From Candidatus Deferrimicrobiaceae bacterium (lineage in GTDB: Bacteria > Desulfobacterota > Deferrimicrobia > Deferrimicrobiales > Deferrimicrobiaceae): a stretch of 55,644 bases of DNA. Shown piece after piece: positions 10,209-20,869 of this stretch; within the stretch, counting starts at the first letter, position 1, and each line of letters starts with the position of its first letter. The stretch covers positions 1 through 55,644 of the forward strand of contig JBAVJZ010000068.1 in NCBI GenBank assembly GCA_049688015.1, read 5' to 3'. The notes below the pieces were generated by a model that was not told where the DNA came from, made no database searches, and saw only the letters and a list, made by a program, of their open reading frames with translations. Both the position numbers and the translations under genes were made by a program.

Positions 10209-10856
10209 CTATTTCCCTTCACGGATCGATTCCAGCGCGGCCAGGATCTCCTCGATATCCATCCGTACGGTGTGATCGGGGTCCGCCACGCCCGCCCGGA
10301 CCACCCCCTGCCCGTCGAGAACGTAGGTGGCGGGAACGGGAAGCTCCCACCGGCCGTCCCCGTTGTGTTTATCGAGGTTGATCCCGAACTTGTCCCGGTA
10401 GAGCTCCTTGATCTCCTGCGGAACCGCAAACCAGAGGCGGTACTTCTTGAGCACTTCGCTCCTGGCGTCGCTCACCACGTCGATCGGAATGTTGTGCTTT
10501 TCCGCCATTGTCAGGGTGAAGTCGGGAAGTTCCGGACTTACGGCGATCAGGTCCGCCCCGAAGGACCGGATTTGCGGTAGTGCCTTGGCCAGAGCTGCCA
10601 GCTCCAGGTTGCAGTACGGTCACCACTCTCCGCGATAGAACGAGAGAACGATCGGCCCCGAGGCAAGGCGGTCGGCAAGATGCACGGTCTTCCCCACCTG
10701 GTTCGGGAGAGTGAAATCCGGCGCCCTCTCCCCGACAAGTAATCCCGCCGCCCCGGAAGCCCGGATGCTCTCGACCCCCCGCTTCATCGTCGCCGCGATC
10801 TCCGGGGGAATCTGCCTTCCCGCCTTGAACTGCGTGATCTGTTCCGAAAGTTTCAT
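10209..10856 (-). CDS. peroxiredoxin-like (AhpC/TSA, PRX_like2-type) selenoprotein, UGA at 10620..10622 read as Sec
   Basis: ORFs 10620..10856 and 10209..10508 are in the same frame. The first ends '...IVLSFYRGEW' + TGA. Read-through gives 'PYCNLELAALAKALPQIRSFGADLIAVSPELPDFTLT' and joins 'MAEKHNIPIDVV...' with no further stop. The TGA occupies the first Cys of the family's W-C-P-x-C motif. GGGAGGG RBS precedes the ATG at 10856. Confidence 0.8.
10589..10607 (-). promoter_or_regulatory. candidate bacterial SECIS hairpin for the Prx-like selenoprotein
   Basis: RNA CUGGAGCU-GGC-AGCUCUGG forms an 8-bp stem (2 G-U pairs) with a G-containing apical loop. It starts 13 nt 3' of the UGA. Confidence 0.5.
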
Positions 10857-11033
10857 GAGACCTGCCCTCCCTGTGTAGTCTCTACCGAACAGGTAGGATG
10901 CCGGGAAGTTCCCTTCGATTCCACCGCGTCACGGATGATTCTCCCGTTCCCCCGGCGAAAATGCCCCCGCCGGAAAGCAGGGGATGCACCGTCCGTGGTA
11001 CCATTTTTCTACCACTGACGCGGGGAGGGGGCC

Positions 11034-13820
<2,787 letters not shown>

Positions 13821-13832
13821 TGCGCTAATGAA

Positions 13833-14477
13833 CTAGAGTATATCGGATGCCGGATCGAGGACGTCGAACTTCTTCGCCCGTAGCGCGCCCCGGACCATCG
13901 GTCCGTTAACCGTGTCGAGACGCAGGAGGACGACCATCCGGTCGGATCCCTTTATCTCCGGTGTGACGAGACAGCTTCTAAGACCCACACCGAGCTCCCG
14001 GACGGCATCGACAAGCTCTTCGAACCGGTTCAGGGACCGGGGAAGAATCACCTCGATCCGCAGGCCCACGCCGTCGATGTCCAGGACATCGATGAAGGCG
14101 TTGAGCATGTCGAGCTTGGTGATGATCCCCACCAGCCGGTCGCCGGAGAGCACGGGAAGCGCCCCGAACTTCTTCCGCTGGATGATGAGGAGCGCGTCCT
14201 CCACGGCATCCTCGGGGGTGAGGGACCAGACCTCGGTCTTCATCACCTCACGCACTTTCCGGTCCTGGGGCTTCGGTTCTCCCGGACCGGCGGGACGGTC
14301 GCTCGTCAGGGATACGTTTCTGAGGTCGGTGTCCGACAGGATGCCGACGAGCTTCCCCCCCTCCACCACGGGAAGGTGATTGATCCGGGACGTGCGCATG
14401 ATGTCCGCGGCGCTCGTCAGGGGGTCGTCGGGTCCTACCGTTTTCGGGTTTTTCGTCATCCTCCGCCCTACCAGCAT
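13833..14477 (-). CDS. CBS-pair plus ACT-like domain protein (AcuB-like)
   Basis: 'MLVGRRMTKNPKTVGPDD...INHLPVVEGGKLVGILSDTDL' and a second CBS 'VMKTEVWSL...GALPVLSGDRLVGIITKLDM', followed by an ACT-like tail. The longer ORF-track N-terminus (to 14969) is Gly/Arg/Pro junk and crosses a terminator. Confidence 0.8.
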   Translation of the reverse strand: MLVGRRMTKNPKTVGPDDPLTSAADIMRTSRINHLPVVEGGKLVGILSDTDLRNVSLTSDRPAGPGEPKPQDRKVREVMKTEVWSLTPEDAVEDALLIIQRKKFGALPVLSGDRLVGIITKLDMLNAFIDVLDIDGVGLRIEVILPRSLNRFEELVDAVRELGVGLRSCLVTPEIKGSDRMVVLLRLDTVNGPMVRGALRAKKFDVLDPASDIL

Positions 14478-14540
14478 GACCCACCCCCAGGCGAATTCCC
14501 TGTTCCCCGAGGCGCACGAAAGCGCCGGGGTATCGCCCCC

Positions 14541-14546
14541 ATTATA
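14541..14546 (-). promoter_or_regulatory. possible -10 box (TATAAT) for the CBS/ACT gene
   Basis: Palindromic ATTATAAT at 14541..14548 gives TATAAT on the minus strand, ~60 nt upstream of the start at 14477. The -35 is weak. Confidence 0.3.
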
Positions 14547-14696
14547 ATCCCTGCCTCCCCCGATGCATCCTTTAAGAAAGGGGCCCTTCCCTCCGTGGGA
14601 GAAACAGGGGGTTCTGCCGCCCGGGAACCCGGGAAAGAAGGTCCGCGCACGGGAGGCGGATGACGCCCCAGTTCCATCCGTCCCAAGCCTCGGGAC

Positions 14697-14735
14697 AAAA
14701 AAAAACAGGGGGCGACCCGGAACCGGCCGCCCCCT
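14697..14735 (-). terminator. rho-independent terminator of the secreted-protein gene
   Basis: On the minus strand AGGGGGCG...CGCCCCCU forms an 8-bp GC stem with a small inner CCGG/CCGG helix, followed immediately by G + U9. It lies 38 nt after the stop at 14773. Confidence 0.75.
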
Positions 14736-14772
14736 ATCCATACGTGCTTCCTTACGTTGATGAAACCGGGAA

Positions 14773-16377
14773 TTACCTCCCGTTTTCGGGTTTCCTCCTC
14801 CGGAGAGCCAGCCCGAGCAATACAAGGGTGAGGAGACCGTACGACCCGGCCGCCTCCTTCCACCCTCCACCGGAGCCGACCACGGAGCATCCTCCGCCAG
14901 CCGCGTCGGGGGTCGCACCGGCCGACCCGTCTCCGGTGGCAGTCGGGACCGCCACGCCGACCGGATCAACGATCACGCCATCCGCCTGGCCGTCGGAATC
15001 CCCGATCCCACCGTCGGTCACCGTCATCGTGAAGCGGTTTCCGTTTATCACCGCAGGGATCTCGTGGAAGCCATCCCGGTCGGACCGGAAGACCTTGCTA
15101 TCCGAAGGAATCTCCTCCGGGTATTCAATGTCCACCTCCACCGTTTCCCCCGGAGAAATGCCGTGAACCTCGAAATCTACGAGACCGTCGCGGAACTCGT
15201 ACCCATGCGGTTTATGGTCCTGGTTGATGGAAAAATGCGTGTCCGAGATCCCGCGGACCTTGCGCAGATGCCGATGCCCGTCCTTTCCGACGGATACCCA
15301 GAACTTACCTTCCCTCTTGGACTTGGGAGGCGTCGCTTCCGTGTCGTCGTTCGGATGGTCGTCTTCGCCGTCCTCGACCCCGTCCTCGTCCGTATCCGCA
15401 GTCTGGACGATCGTGGTAAACGTCGAGGTCATCGGCTCCGTGTCCCCCTTCGGGGTTATCGTCACCGTGTAGTTCATTCCGTTGACCAGCGAGCAGTCCG
15501 GGGTGAACGTCGCATTCATGAGGAAATCATCGTATGCGATCGTTCCGCTTACGACCCCTCCATTGACGCACATGATGCCCCCCGGGTCCGAAGCAGCAAC
15601 AAAGGAGGGGGTGCTTTCCGCCAGTGTGATCGTCGCACCATCCAATGCCCCGGCAACGTCGGCCGAAATAACGACCGCCGTCGTGACCGGTACGTTCGTT
15701 GCGCCGTCTGGCGGCATAACGGAAAGATCACCGGTGGTGGACGGCGGAGGCGGAGTCTCCGGATTGATCGTGATGCTGAGGCCCTTTGTAGCGGTGCCGC
15801 CGCCCGACACCTGGACCGTGAAGTTGGACGTAACGGCGGACGTGCTACTCCCCGTCGGCGTCCCGCTGATCGTCCCGCCGGAACTCAAGCTAAGGCCCGC
15901 GGGCAGACTCCCTGCAGTCACCGACCAGCTGCGCGGGGTCGTCCCCCCCGTGGCCGCCAGTGTCTGACTGTACGCCGTACCCACCGTCCCGGAAGGAAGC
16001 GACGACGTCGTGATCGAGGGAGGTGTGGCCGTCGGGGGTGTGTCCGATGCATTCCCGGGGAAGGTCAATGCCCCGATTTCAACAATGTTGGTGGCACCAT
16101 CTCCGTCCGAATCCATCCCCTCTATATTCGTAAAGGAATGCCCATTGCCACTGTATGCGCTGCCGAAAGAGTTCCTGGACCCGCCTGAACTGCTGTTATG
16201 GCACAAGATGCAGACATCCAGTCTCGTTCCATTTGTAGCCGGGTATTGATTTGTAAAAGAAGTTAAATAACTTGAAACCGCGCCGGCCTCGGTGCCCCCC
16301 CAAAAAAGCAATCCCAAGGCAAGTGTCCCGATCAGAATCCAATTTTTGTGATAACGACTACTGTTTCCGTAATCCAT
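14773..16377 (-). CDS. secreted multidomain protein: CxxCH motif, Ig-like repeats, TSP3-like Asp repeats, Gly-Cys/TM/Arg-cluster C-terminal sorting tail
   Basis: Signal peptide '[24 protein letters not shown]'. 'CILCH' at 16198..16212. 'DSDGDG' and '[17 protein letters not shown]' Ca-binding-type repeats. '[19 protein letters not shown]...GTISGTPT' putative-Ig motif. '[21 protein letters not shown]'. Tail '[12 protein letters not shown]...[15 protein letters not shown]'. ATG at 16375..16377 with an AAGGA RBS. Confidence 0.8.
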   Translation of the reverse strand: MDYGNSSRYHKNWILIGTLALGLLFWGGTEAGAVSSYLTSFTNQYPATNGTRLDVCILCHNSSSGGSRNSFGSAYSGNGHSFTNIEGMDSDGDGATNIVEIGALTFPGNASDTPPTATPPSITTSSLPSGTVGTAYSQTLAATGGTTPRSWSVTAGSLPAGLSLSSGGTISGTPTGSSTSAVTSNFTVQVSGGGTATKGLSITINPETPPPPSTTGDLSVMPPDGATNVPVTTAVVISADVAGALDGATITLAESTPSFVAASDPGGIMCVNGGVVSGTIAYDDFLMNATFTPDCSLVNGMNYTVTITPKGDTEPMTSTFTTIVQTADTDEDGVEDGEDDHPNDDTEATPPKSKREGKFWVSVGKDGHRHLRKVRGISDTHFSINQDHKPHGYEFRDGLVDFEVHGISPGETVEVDIEYPEEIPSDSKVFRSDRDGFHEIPAVINGNRFTMTVTDGGIGDSDGQADGVIVDPVGVAVPTATGDGSAGATPDAAGGGCSVVGSGGGWKEAAGSYGLLTLVLLGLALRRRKPENGR

Positions 16378-16523
16378 CTTTTCCTTACCCCCTGTATAAA
16401 TATTGAACAATTCTTTCGGCTAACAGTTCGAATAAGGTAAAAAAATTCCCTCCTTTCCCCTGTTTTTTCCCCCAATGAAATCCGGTCGAGTGACAATTTT
16501 CGAGATGTGTTAACTGATGATTA

Positions 16524-16540
16524 TTGCAACAGGTGTACCC
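16524..16540 (-). promoter_or_regulatory. sigma-54-type -24/-12 promoter candidate
   Basis: The minus strand reads GGGTACA-CCTG-TTGCAA. GG and GC have the canonical spacing of TGGCAC-N5-TTGCW. It lies ~150 nt upstream of the start at 16377. Confidence 0.45.
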
Positions 16541-16599
16541 GACAGTATAGGGAGTCGGAGGAAGGGATTTTCCAAGACGCAAAACAATTCGGGAGCAGG

Positions 16600-16611
16600 T
16601 GCAACATGTTA
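16600..16611. repeat. copy 1 of 12-mer TGCAACATGTTA (palindromic core AACATGTT)
   Basis: Exact 12/12 match with 16770..16781, 170 bp apart. Lies ~70 bp upstream of the sigma-54-like promoter. Confidence 0.6.
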
Positions 16612-16769
16612 CTTTTACAAGGATAATTATGTATTACCCGTGGCCCGCCGCCGACATGGGGGAACGGGGATCGTCCATGACGCCGTTGCCCGTGAGGACC
16701 CGGTTCTCCCCCGGCGAAAGAAATCTGTAACGGAATGGGATCGGGGCAGACGACTAATCTGCGGTAAAT

Positions 16770-16781
16770 TGCAACATGTTA
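16770..16781. repeat. copy 2 of 12-mer TGCAACATGTTA
   Basis: Exact repeat of 16600..16611. Lies ~85 nt upstream of the plus-strand gene starting at 16866. Confidence 0.6.
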
Positions 16782-16853
16782 TATTTAATCTCCAATAGAA
16801 AGGGAACATGCTCCTGTTCACGCTGCCTGGCGGGGAATGCCGGCAACGCAAGG

Positions 16854-16859
16854 TATAAT
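16854..16859 (+). promoter_or_regulatory. possible -10 box (TATAAT), implying a leaderless or near-leaderless mRNA
   Basis: A perfect TATAAT ends 6 nt before the ATG at 16866, so the predicted +1 falls on the A of the ATG. The -35 is poor. Confidence 0.3.
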
Positions 16860-16865
16860 GGTTCC

Positions 16866-17186
16866 ATGGATCGGCATGCGCGTGGGCGGCAGGAGATGGA
16901 GCAAAAGTACGGCGAGGTAGAGTCCGGGGCGGCTACCCTCGTCATCCGCGGGGTGACGTACCGCCTGCGGGAAATACTCGCCCGCTGGATGTTGGACGTT
17001 CCGGAGATCATGACGCTGGACGGGGGGACGGTGGGGGAAGACCGCTACTGGATCCGCTTCATCGACAAGGACGACCGATGCTACGTCGTGTTCGAGTTCA
17101 ACGCGGAGTTCGACATTCTCTCGGAGATGCGGGCGGACAGCCTTGCCTGGGAAGGGGAGGACTTTTTCGCCTCCCGCTGGAGATAG
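16866..17186 (+). CDS. hypothetical protein (~106 aa)
   Basis: '...EVESGAATLVIRGVTYRLREILARWMLDVPEIMTLDGGTVGEDRYWIRFIDKDDRCYVVFEFNAEFDILSEM' looks globular. The start is uncertain (16776, 16866 or 16896). No family recognised. Confidence 0.45.
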   Translation: MDRHARGRQEMEQKYGEVESGAATLVIRGVTYRLREILARWMLDVPEIMTLDGGTVGEDRYWIRFIDKDDRCYVVFEFNAEFDILSEMRADSLAWEGEDFFASRWR

Positions 17187-17221
17187 GAAGCATCCGGGGA
17201 CACCCCGGTCGGAATCTGCCG

Positions 17222-17587
17222 ATGACGAGGCCCGTCCTCATCTACGACGGAGATTGCCCGGTTTGCCGCAGCGCGGTCGACCGGATCCGGGGAAATTCCG
17301 CGCCGGATGCGTTCGAATTTTTCTCCTGTCATTCGGAGGATCTCTCCCGGCGATTTCCTCAGGTTGCAAAAAGCGCCTGCCTGGAGGCGATGCACCTGAT
17401 TCTGCCCGGCGGAACGGTGCTCGCGGGGGAACAGGCCGCGCCCGAAATCCTTTCCCGGCTGAGGCGGTGGCGGTGGGCCGCCGTCCTGTTCCGCCTTCCG
17501 GGCGCGCAAATCCTCTCCCGCGTCTTCTACCGATGGTTCGCCGGGAGGAGGCACCGGGTCTCCCGCCTGCTCTTCCCTCCCCCGTAA
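17222..17587 (+). CDS. DCC-family thiol-disulfide oxidoreductase (DUF393)
   Basis: 'MTRPVLIYDGDCPVCRSAV' is the signature DxxCxxC N-terminus, ~120 aa. ATG verified at 17222. Confidence 0.8.
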   Translation: MTRPVLIYDGDCPVCRSAVDRIRGNSAPDAFEFFSCHSEDLSRRFPQVAKSACLEAMHLILPGGTVLAGEQAAPEILSRLRRWRWAAVLFRLPGAQILSRVFYRWFAGRRHRVSRLLFPPP

Positions 17588-17608
17588 CGGCGGGTATGCC
17601 CCCTTTAC

Positions 17609-17625
17609 CCCCGTTCAGAACGGGG
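17609..17625. terminator. possible bidirectional terminator hairpin between convergent genes
   Basis: CCCCGTT-CAG-AACGGGG, a 7-bp stem. No U-tract on either strand. Confidence 0.3.
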
Positions 17626-17659
17626 AGACGACCCTCTCCTGCATTTCGGTAATCAGGGA

Positions 17660-19075
17660 TCACACGCCCAAATCCCGCCCCAGGAGCATCATGAGGTCTT
17701 TCACTGCGATGCCGTCCAAGTGTTTCACGGCGTCGGCGATCTCGCGCCGGAGCGACGACTCGATCACACCGTCCGCGAGGGATTCGAACTTTTCCTCCAC
17801 TCTTGCCCACGACATCGGCCGGGTGTGGAACCCCTCGTAGTCCGCCTTCTCCTTCGTGAAAAATCTGCCGTCCTTCAGGGTGACCGTGAGCCGGCAGCCG
17901 TGCTCATCCGGGAACCGGTTCGAATACTCGGGGTTCGATACCACCATCACCCTGTGGAGAAGCGACTGGACGTCGCTGCGGACGATTCTTTCCGGTTCGT
18001 ACTGCGCAGGCATCACCTGCCCGTCCAGCGCGGCGACCGCGACCATGTAGTGCAGGCTGTGGTCGGCATCCTCCTTCGTGCGTACGATCGTCTTGTCCCC
18101 CTCCACGCCGCCGCCGATGATGAGGTGGGCAACTTCGAAGATGTCGATGCGGATCCGGTCGATGTCCGCTCCGGAGAACCCCCGCTCCCGCATCAGCTCG
18201 ATCATCCCTTCCAGAGCCGACTGGGAGTGAATCTCGGCGTTGAACTTCTTGATGATGGTGCGCAGGACCCTCTCCAGGTTTTCCTTCGACCAGTCCAACG
18301 CGAAATCCCCCGCGATCGTCTGGCACCATCCCTTGTTCCCTTCGAACACCTCCCTCGGACCCGTCACCCCCCGCTTCGCGAGGAACGCGGCCCGCAGGCC
18401 GTTGAACGCGGTGTTCGGATAGGCAAGACCCTTCCAGTGGGACAGCTCCCCGGTGCGGGTTACGCGAAGCGCGTTGTTCGCGGTCCCCGAGATCCCCAGG
18501 GCGCTGGCGGTTTCCCAGGTGGAGAGACCAAGCGCCTTGGCCACGCCCGCCGCACTGGCAAATGCGCCCTGCGTGGTGTGGTCGAACCCCCGTACCCGGA
18601 CCGGAGCCTCGTCGCACAGGCGGCACTGCACCTGGTACGCGACAGCAAGCGCCGTCAGGAACTGCCTCCCCGAAGCAAGAGCGTACTCCGACGCCGCGAG
18701 TACGGCCCCGATGTTGTCGCTCGGGTGACACGTCTCGCCCGGGGCCAGATAGGAGTCGTTGAAATCCAGGTACCGTACCAGCGCTCCGTTCAGGAACGCT
18801 GCCCGGTCGGGGGAGGTACGCCCTCCCCCGATCAGTGTACACAGAGGGTTTCCCCCGAACTCGTTCACGTCCCGGCGGATCATCCGGATGGGCTCTCCCC
18901 GGATGGCACCAAAGGCGCACGCGAGAGAATCGAGCACCCGGACTTTCAGGGACTCGCGCGCATCGGGCGATATGTGCTCCCATCCCGCCCGCTCCACGAA
19001 CGCCGCCATCTCCTCCGAGCGAGACAGCACGCGCTCGTTCCCCATTGCCTCCGCGAGGTGGTCGAATCGCGCCAT
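17660..19075 (-). CDS. MmgE/PrpD-family protein (2-methylcitrate dehydratase-like)
   Basis: 'NGALVRYLDFNDSY', 'HPSDNIGAVLAASE', ~470 aa. The ATG at 19073..19075 (MARFDHLAEAMG...) lies 5 nt after the stop of the upstream gene, with an AAGAGG RBS. Confidence 0.85.
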   Translation of the reverse strand: MARFDHLAEAMGNERVLSRSEEMAAFVERAGWEHISPDARESLKVRVLDSLACAFGAIRGEPIRMIRRDVNEFGGNPLCTLIGGGRTSPDRAAFLNGALVRYLDFNDSYLAPGETCHPSDNIGAVLAASEYALASGRQFLTALAVAYQVQCRLCDEAPVRVRGFDHTTQGAFASAAGVAKALGLSTWETASALGISGTANNALRVTRTGELSHWKGLAYPNTAFNGLRAAFLAKRGVTGPREVFEGNKGWCQTIAGDFALDWSKENLERVLRTIIKKFNAEIHSQSALEGMIELMRERGFSGADIDRIRIDIFEVAHLIIGGGVEGDKTIVRTKEDADHSLHYMVAVAALDGQVMPAQYEPERIVRSDVQSLLHRVMVVSNPEYSNRFPDEHGCRLTVTLKDGRFFTKEKADYEGFHTRPMSWARVEEKFESLADGVIESSLRREIADAVKHLDGIAVKDLMMLLGRDLGV

Positions 19076-19080
19076 GGCGG

Positions 19081-19977
19081 TTACCTCTTGCCGCCCTTGG
19101 CCGCCGACCCGATAAGCTTCGGCCGGGCGGCTGCGGCTTTCCCCGTTGGTTTCCGGTAGGTCACGATGCGGCCCCAGGTGCTTTTCGTTCCCCAGATGCC
19201 GGATCGCAGACATTCCAGCTGGACTACCTGGGAATGGTCGACGAACAGGTTGACGTCCGGGCCGAAGTTCTTTATGTACCAGCTGAATACCTCGGGGTCG
19301 GCCGCCTCGAACATCACCTTGTCCAGCCCGAGCTCGTTGACGATCTTCGCGACCACGTCCGTACGCCAGCTCCGGACGTTTTCGGTGATCCCTTCCGATT
19401 CCACCATGATGAGGTGTGCGCCCGCATCCAGGTACCGCCTGGCGGCCCGGATCGCCTGGGACGGATCGATGGTCCCTTCCGCCTCCAGCTCCTCTACGGA
19501 GCTTGCGCCCCCGGCGCCGAACTGGATGCCGATCTCGGGCTTCGCCTTCATGCCGAGTTCGTGCACTCTATCGACGATTCCCACCAGGTCGTCCAGGGGT
19601 ACGCTGATGAAGCCGCTGGACACCTCCACGACGTCGAACCCCATCTCCCGGCACTCCTCGAGGTAGCGATCCACCATCCCGGGGCCGTGTGTCAGCACCC
19701 GCTCGATGAATCCCCCGGTGGACACCATCACGTCGTGCTCGTGGCAAACGCCGATCAGGTCCTTCACCGCCTGCGTGGGCATCAGGGAAAAGGACCCCCC
19801 GCTGAACTTGAAGATGTCGACAAACGCGCCCATGGTCTCGAAGATGTCTTCCAGGTACCGTTTCCCGACGGGCGCGTAGTACGGTCCGCGCATCTCCGTG
19901 ATCCCGGTGGTGCGCGGTTTCCGCCCTCTCTCATTTATAGGAAGAAACCCGAAGCTGCGATCGAATGAATGTTCCAT
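19081..19977 (-). CDS. phosphosulfolactate synthase (ComA) family protein
   Basis: 'GFLPINERGRKPRTTGITEMRGP', 'VDIFKFSGGSF', 'GFDVVEVSSG', 'IMVESEG' match the ComA TIM-barrel family. The ATG at 19975..19977 has an AAGGAGG 8 nt upstream. The ORF-track ATG at 20001 has no SD. Confidence 0.8.
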   Translation of the reverse strand: MEHSFDRSFGFLPINERGRKPRTTGITEMRGPYYAPVGKRYLEDIFETMGAFVDIFKFSGGSFSLMPTQAVKDLIGVCHEHDVMVSTGGFIERVLTHGPGMVDRYLEECREMGFDVVEVSSGFISVPLDDLVGIVDRVHELGMKAKPEIGIQFGAGGASSVEELEAEGTIDPSQAIRAARRYLDAGAHLIMVESEGITENVRSWRTDVVAKIVNELGLDKVMFEAADPEVFSWYIKNFGPDVNLFVDHSQVVQLECLRSGIWGTKSTWGRIVTYRKPTGKAAAARPKLIGSAAKGGKR

Positions 19978-20064
19978 TCCCCCACCCTCCTTCCGTTCCA
20001 TCTTTGCCGGTCATGGTTCCCCGTTGTCATACAAGCTTCCTTCTCCTATTAAGATGATTTCCTG

Positions 20065-20098
20065 AAAAGGATCGTTCCACATCTCCATGAAACGATCC
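20065..20098 (-). terminator. candidate intrinsic terminator after the SRAP gene
   Basis: GGATCGTT-(14 nt loop)-AACGATCC, an 8-bp perfect stem. It is followed on the minus strand by UUUU. Confidence 0.45.
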
Positions 20099-20161
20099 TC
20101 CCCCGGTTTTCTCATTGGATTCCAGTACGATAGGAACGTTCAGGGGCAGGGGAAGACGTGG

Positions 20162-20833
20162 TTATCGAAGGGGTTCGATCAGGGCCGGCGTATCCTTTTT
20201 CGGGTTGTTCACTGCGGTCCCGACGGGAAAGACGGTCATCTCCTCCGGGGGATAGGGATGAAAGAGGGTCGCAAGCGCCTCGAGGTCCTGCACGGCAGGC
20301 GAAAGCCAGAGGGCGTAATCCCGCGGAGAAAGGATCACGGGCATCCGGTCGTGGATCGGCCGGAGGAGATCGTTCGGAACGGTAGTGAGAATCGTGCACG
20401 ATTCGACCGCTGCGTGTTCCGGCCCCGCCCAGGATTCCCACAACCCCGCGAACGCGAAGATCGCGCCGTCTTCCAGGCGGATGTAGTACGGCTGTTTCCT
20501 GCCGTTTACGCGTTTCCATTCGTAGAAGCCGTCCGCCGGGACCAGGCATCTCCTTCGCCGGATCGCCGATCGGAAGGCGGGCTTATCCGCTACCGTCTCC
20601 GCACGCGCGTTGATCATCCGGTTGCCTATGGCGGGATCTTTCGCCCAGGAGGGAACGAGCCCCCAGCGAAGCGGAACGAGCTCCCGCTCTCCCCCTCCCG
20701 GCGGAATCCGCACCGCGGACACCATCTGGGAAGGAGCGATGTTGTACCGCGGGGAGAAGGACGGCGTATCCGGCAGACCGAACCTCTCGGCCACGGAATC
20801 GGCAGAGTCGAAAAGCGTGAAGCGCCCGCACAT
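20162..20833 (-). CDS. SOS-response-associated peptidase (SRAP/YedK family, abasic-site crosslinking)
   Basis: N-terminal 'MCGRF' with catalytic Cys2; 'RYNIAPSQ', 'LRWGLVPSWAKD', 'MINARAETV', 'PADGFYEW'. Confidence 0.9.
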   Translation of the reverse strand: MCGRFTLFDSADSVAERFGLPDTPSFSPRYNIAPSQMVSAVRIPPGGGERELVPLRWGLVPSWAKDPAIGNRMINARAETVADKPAFRSAIRRRRCLVPADGFYEWKRVNGRKQPYYIRLEDGAIFAFAGLWESWAGPEHAAVESCTILTTVPNDLLRPIHDRMPVILSPRDYALWLSPAVQDLEALATLFHPYPPEEMTVFPVGTAVNNPKKDTPALIEPLR

Positions 20834-20869
20834 GACCCGGTTATCCCCGCACGCCCCGGTCGCCTTCGC

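Noticed and set aside
13833-14969. Long N-terminal extensions offered by the ORF track: CBS protein to 14969, photolyase to 32208, ALDH from 44140, dtd to 45759, tkt to 9027, yeiH to 27133, thioesterase from 26984, DCC from 17078.
   Set aside because: The extensions overlap neighbouring real genes or a terminator and are compositionally junk. In each case an internal start with an SD-like sequence gives the canonical family N-terminus.
16612-16769. Possible riboswitch or small RNA in the 158 nt between the two 12-mer copies.
   Set aside because: I could not recognise any conserved riboswitch core (cobalamin, c-di-GMP, SAM, TPP and others) by eye. This would need an Infernal/Rfam scan. It is left as part of the regulatory-region finding only.
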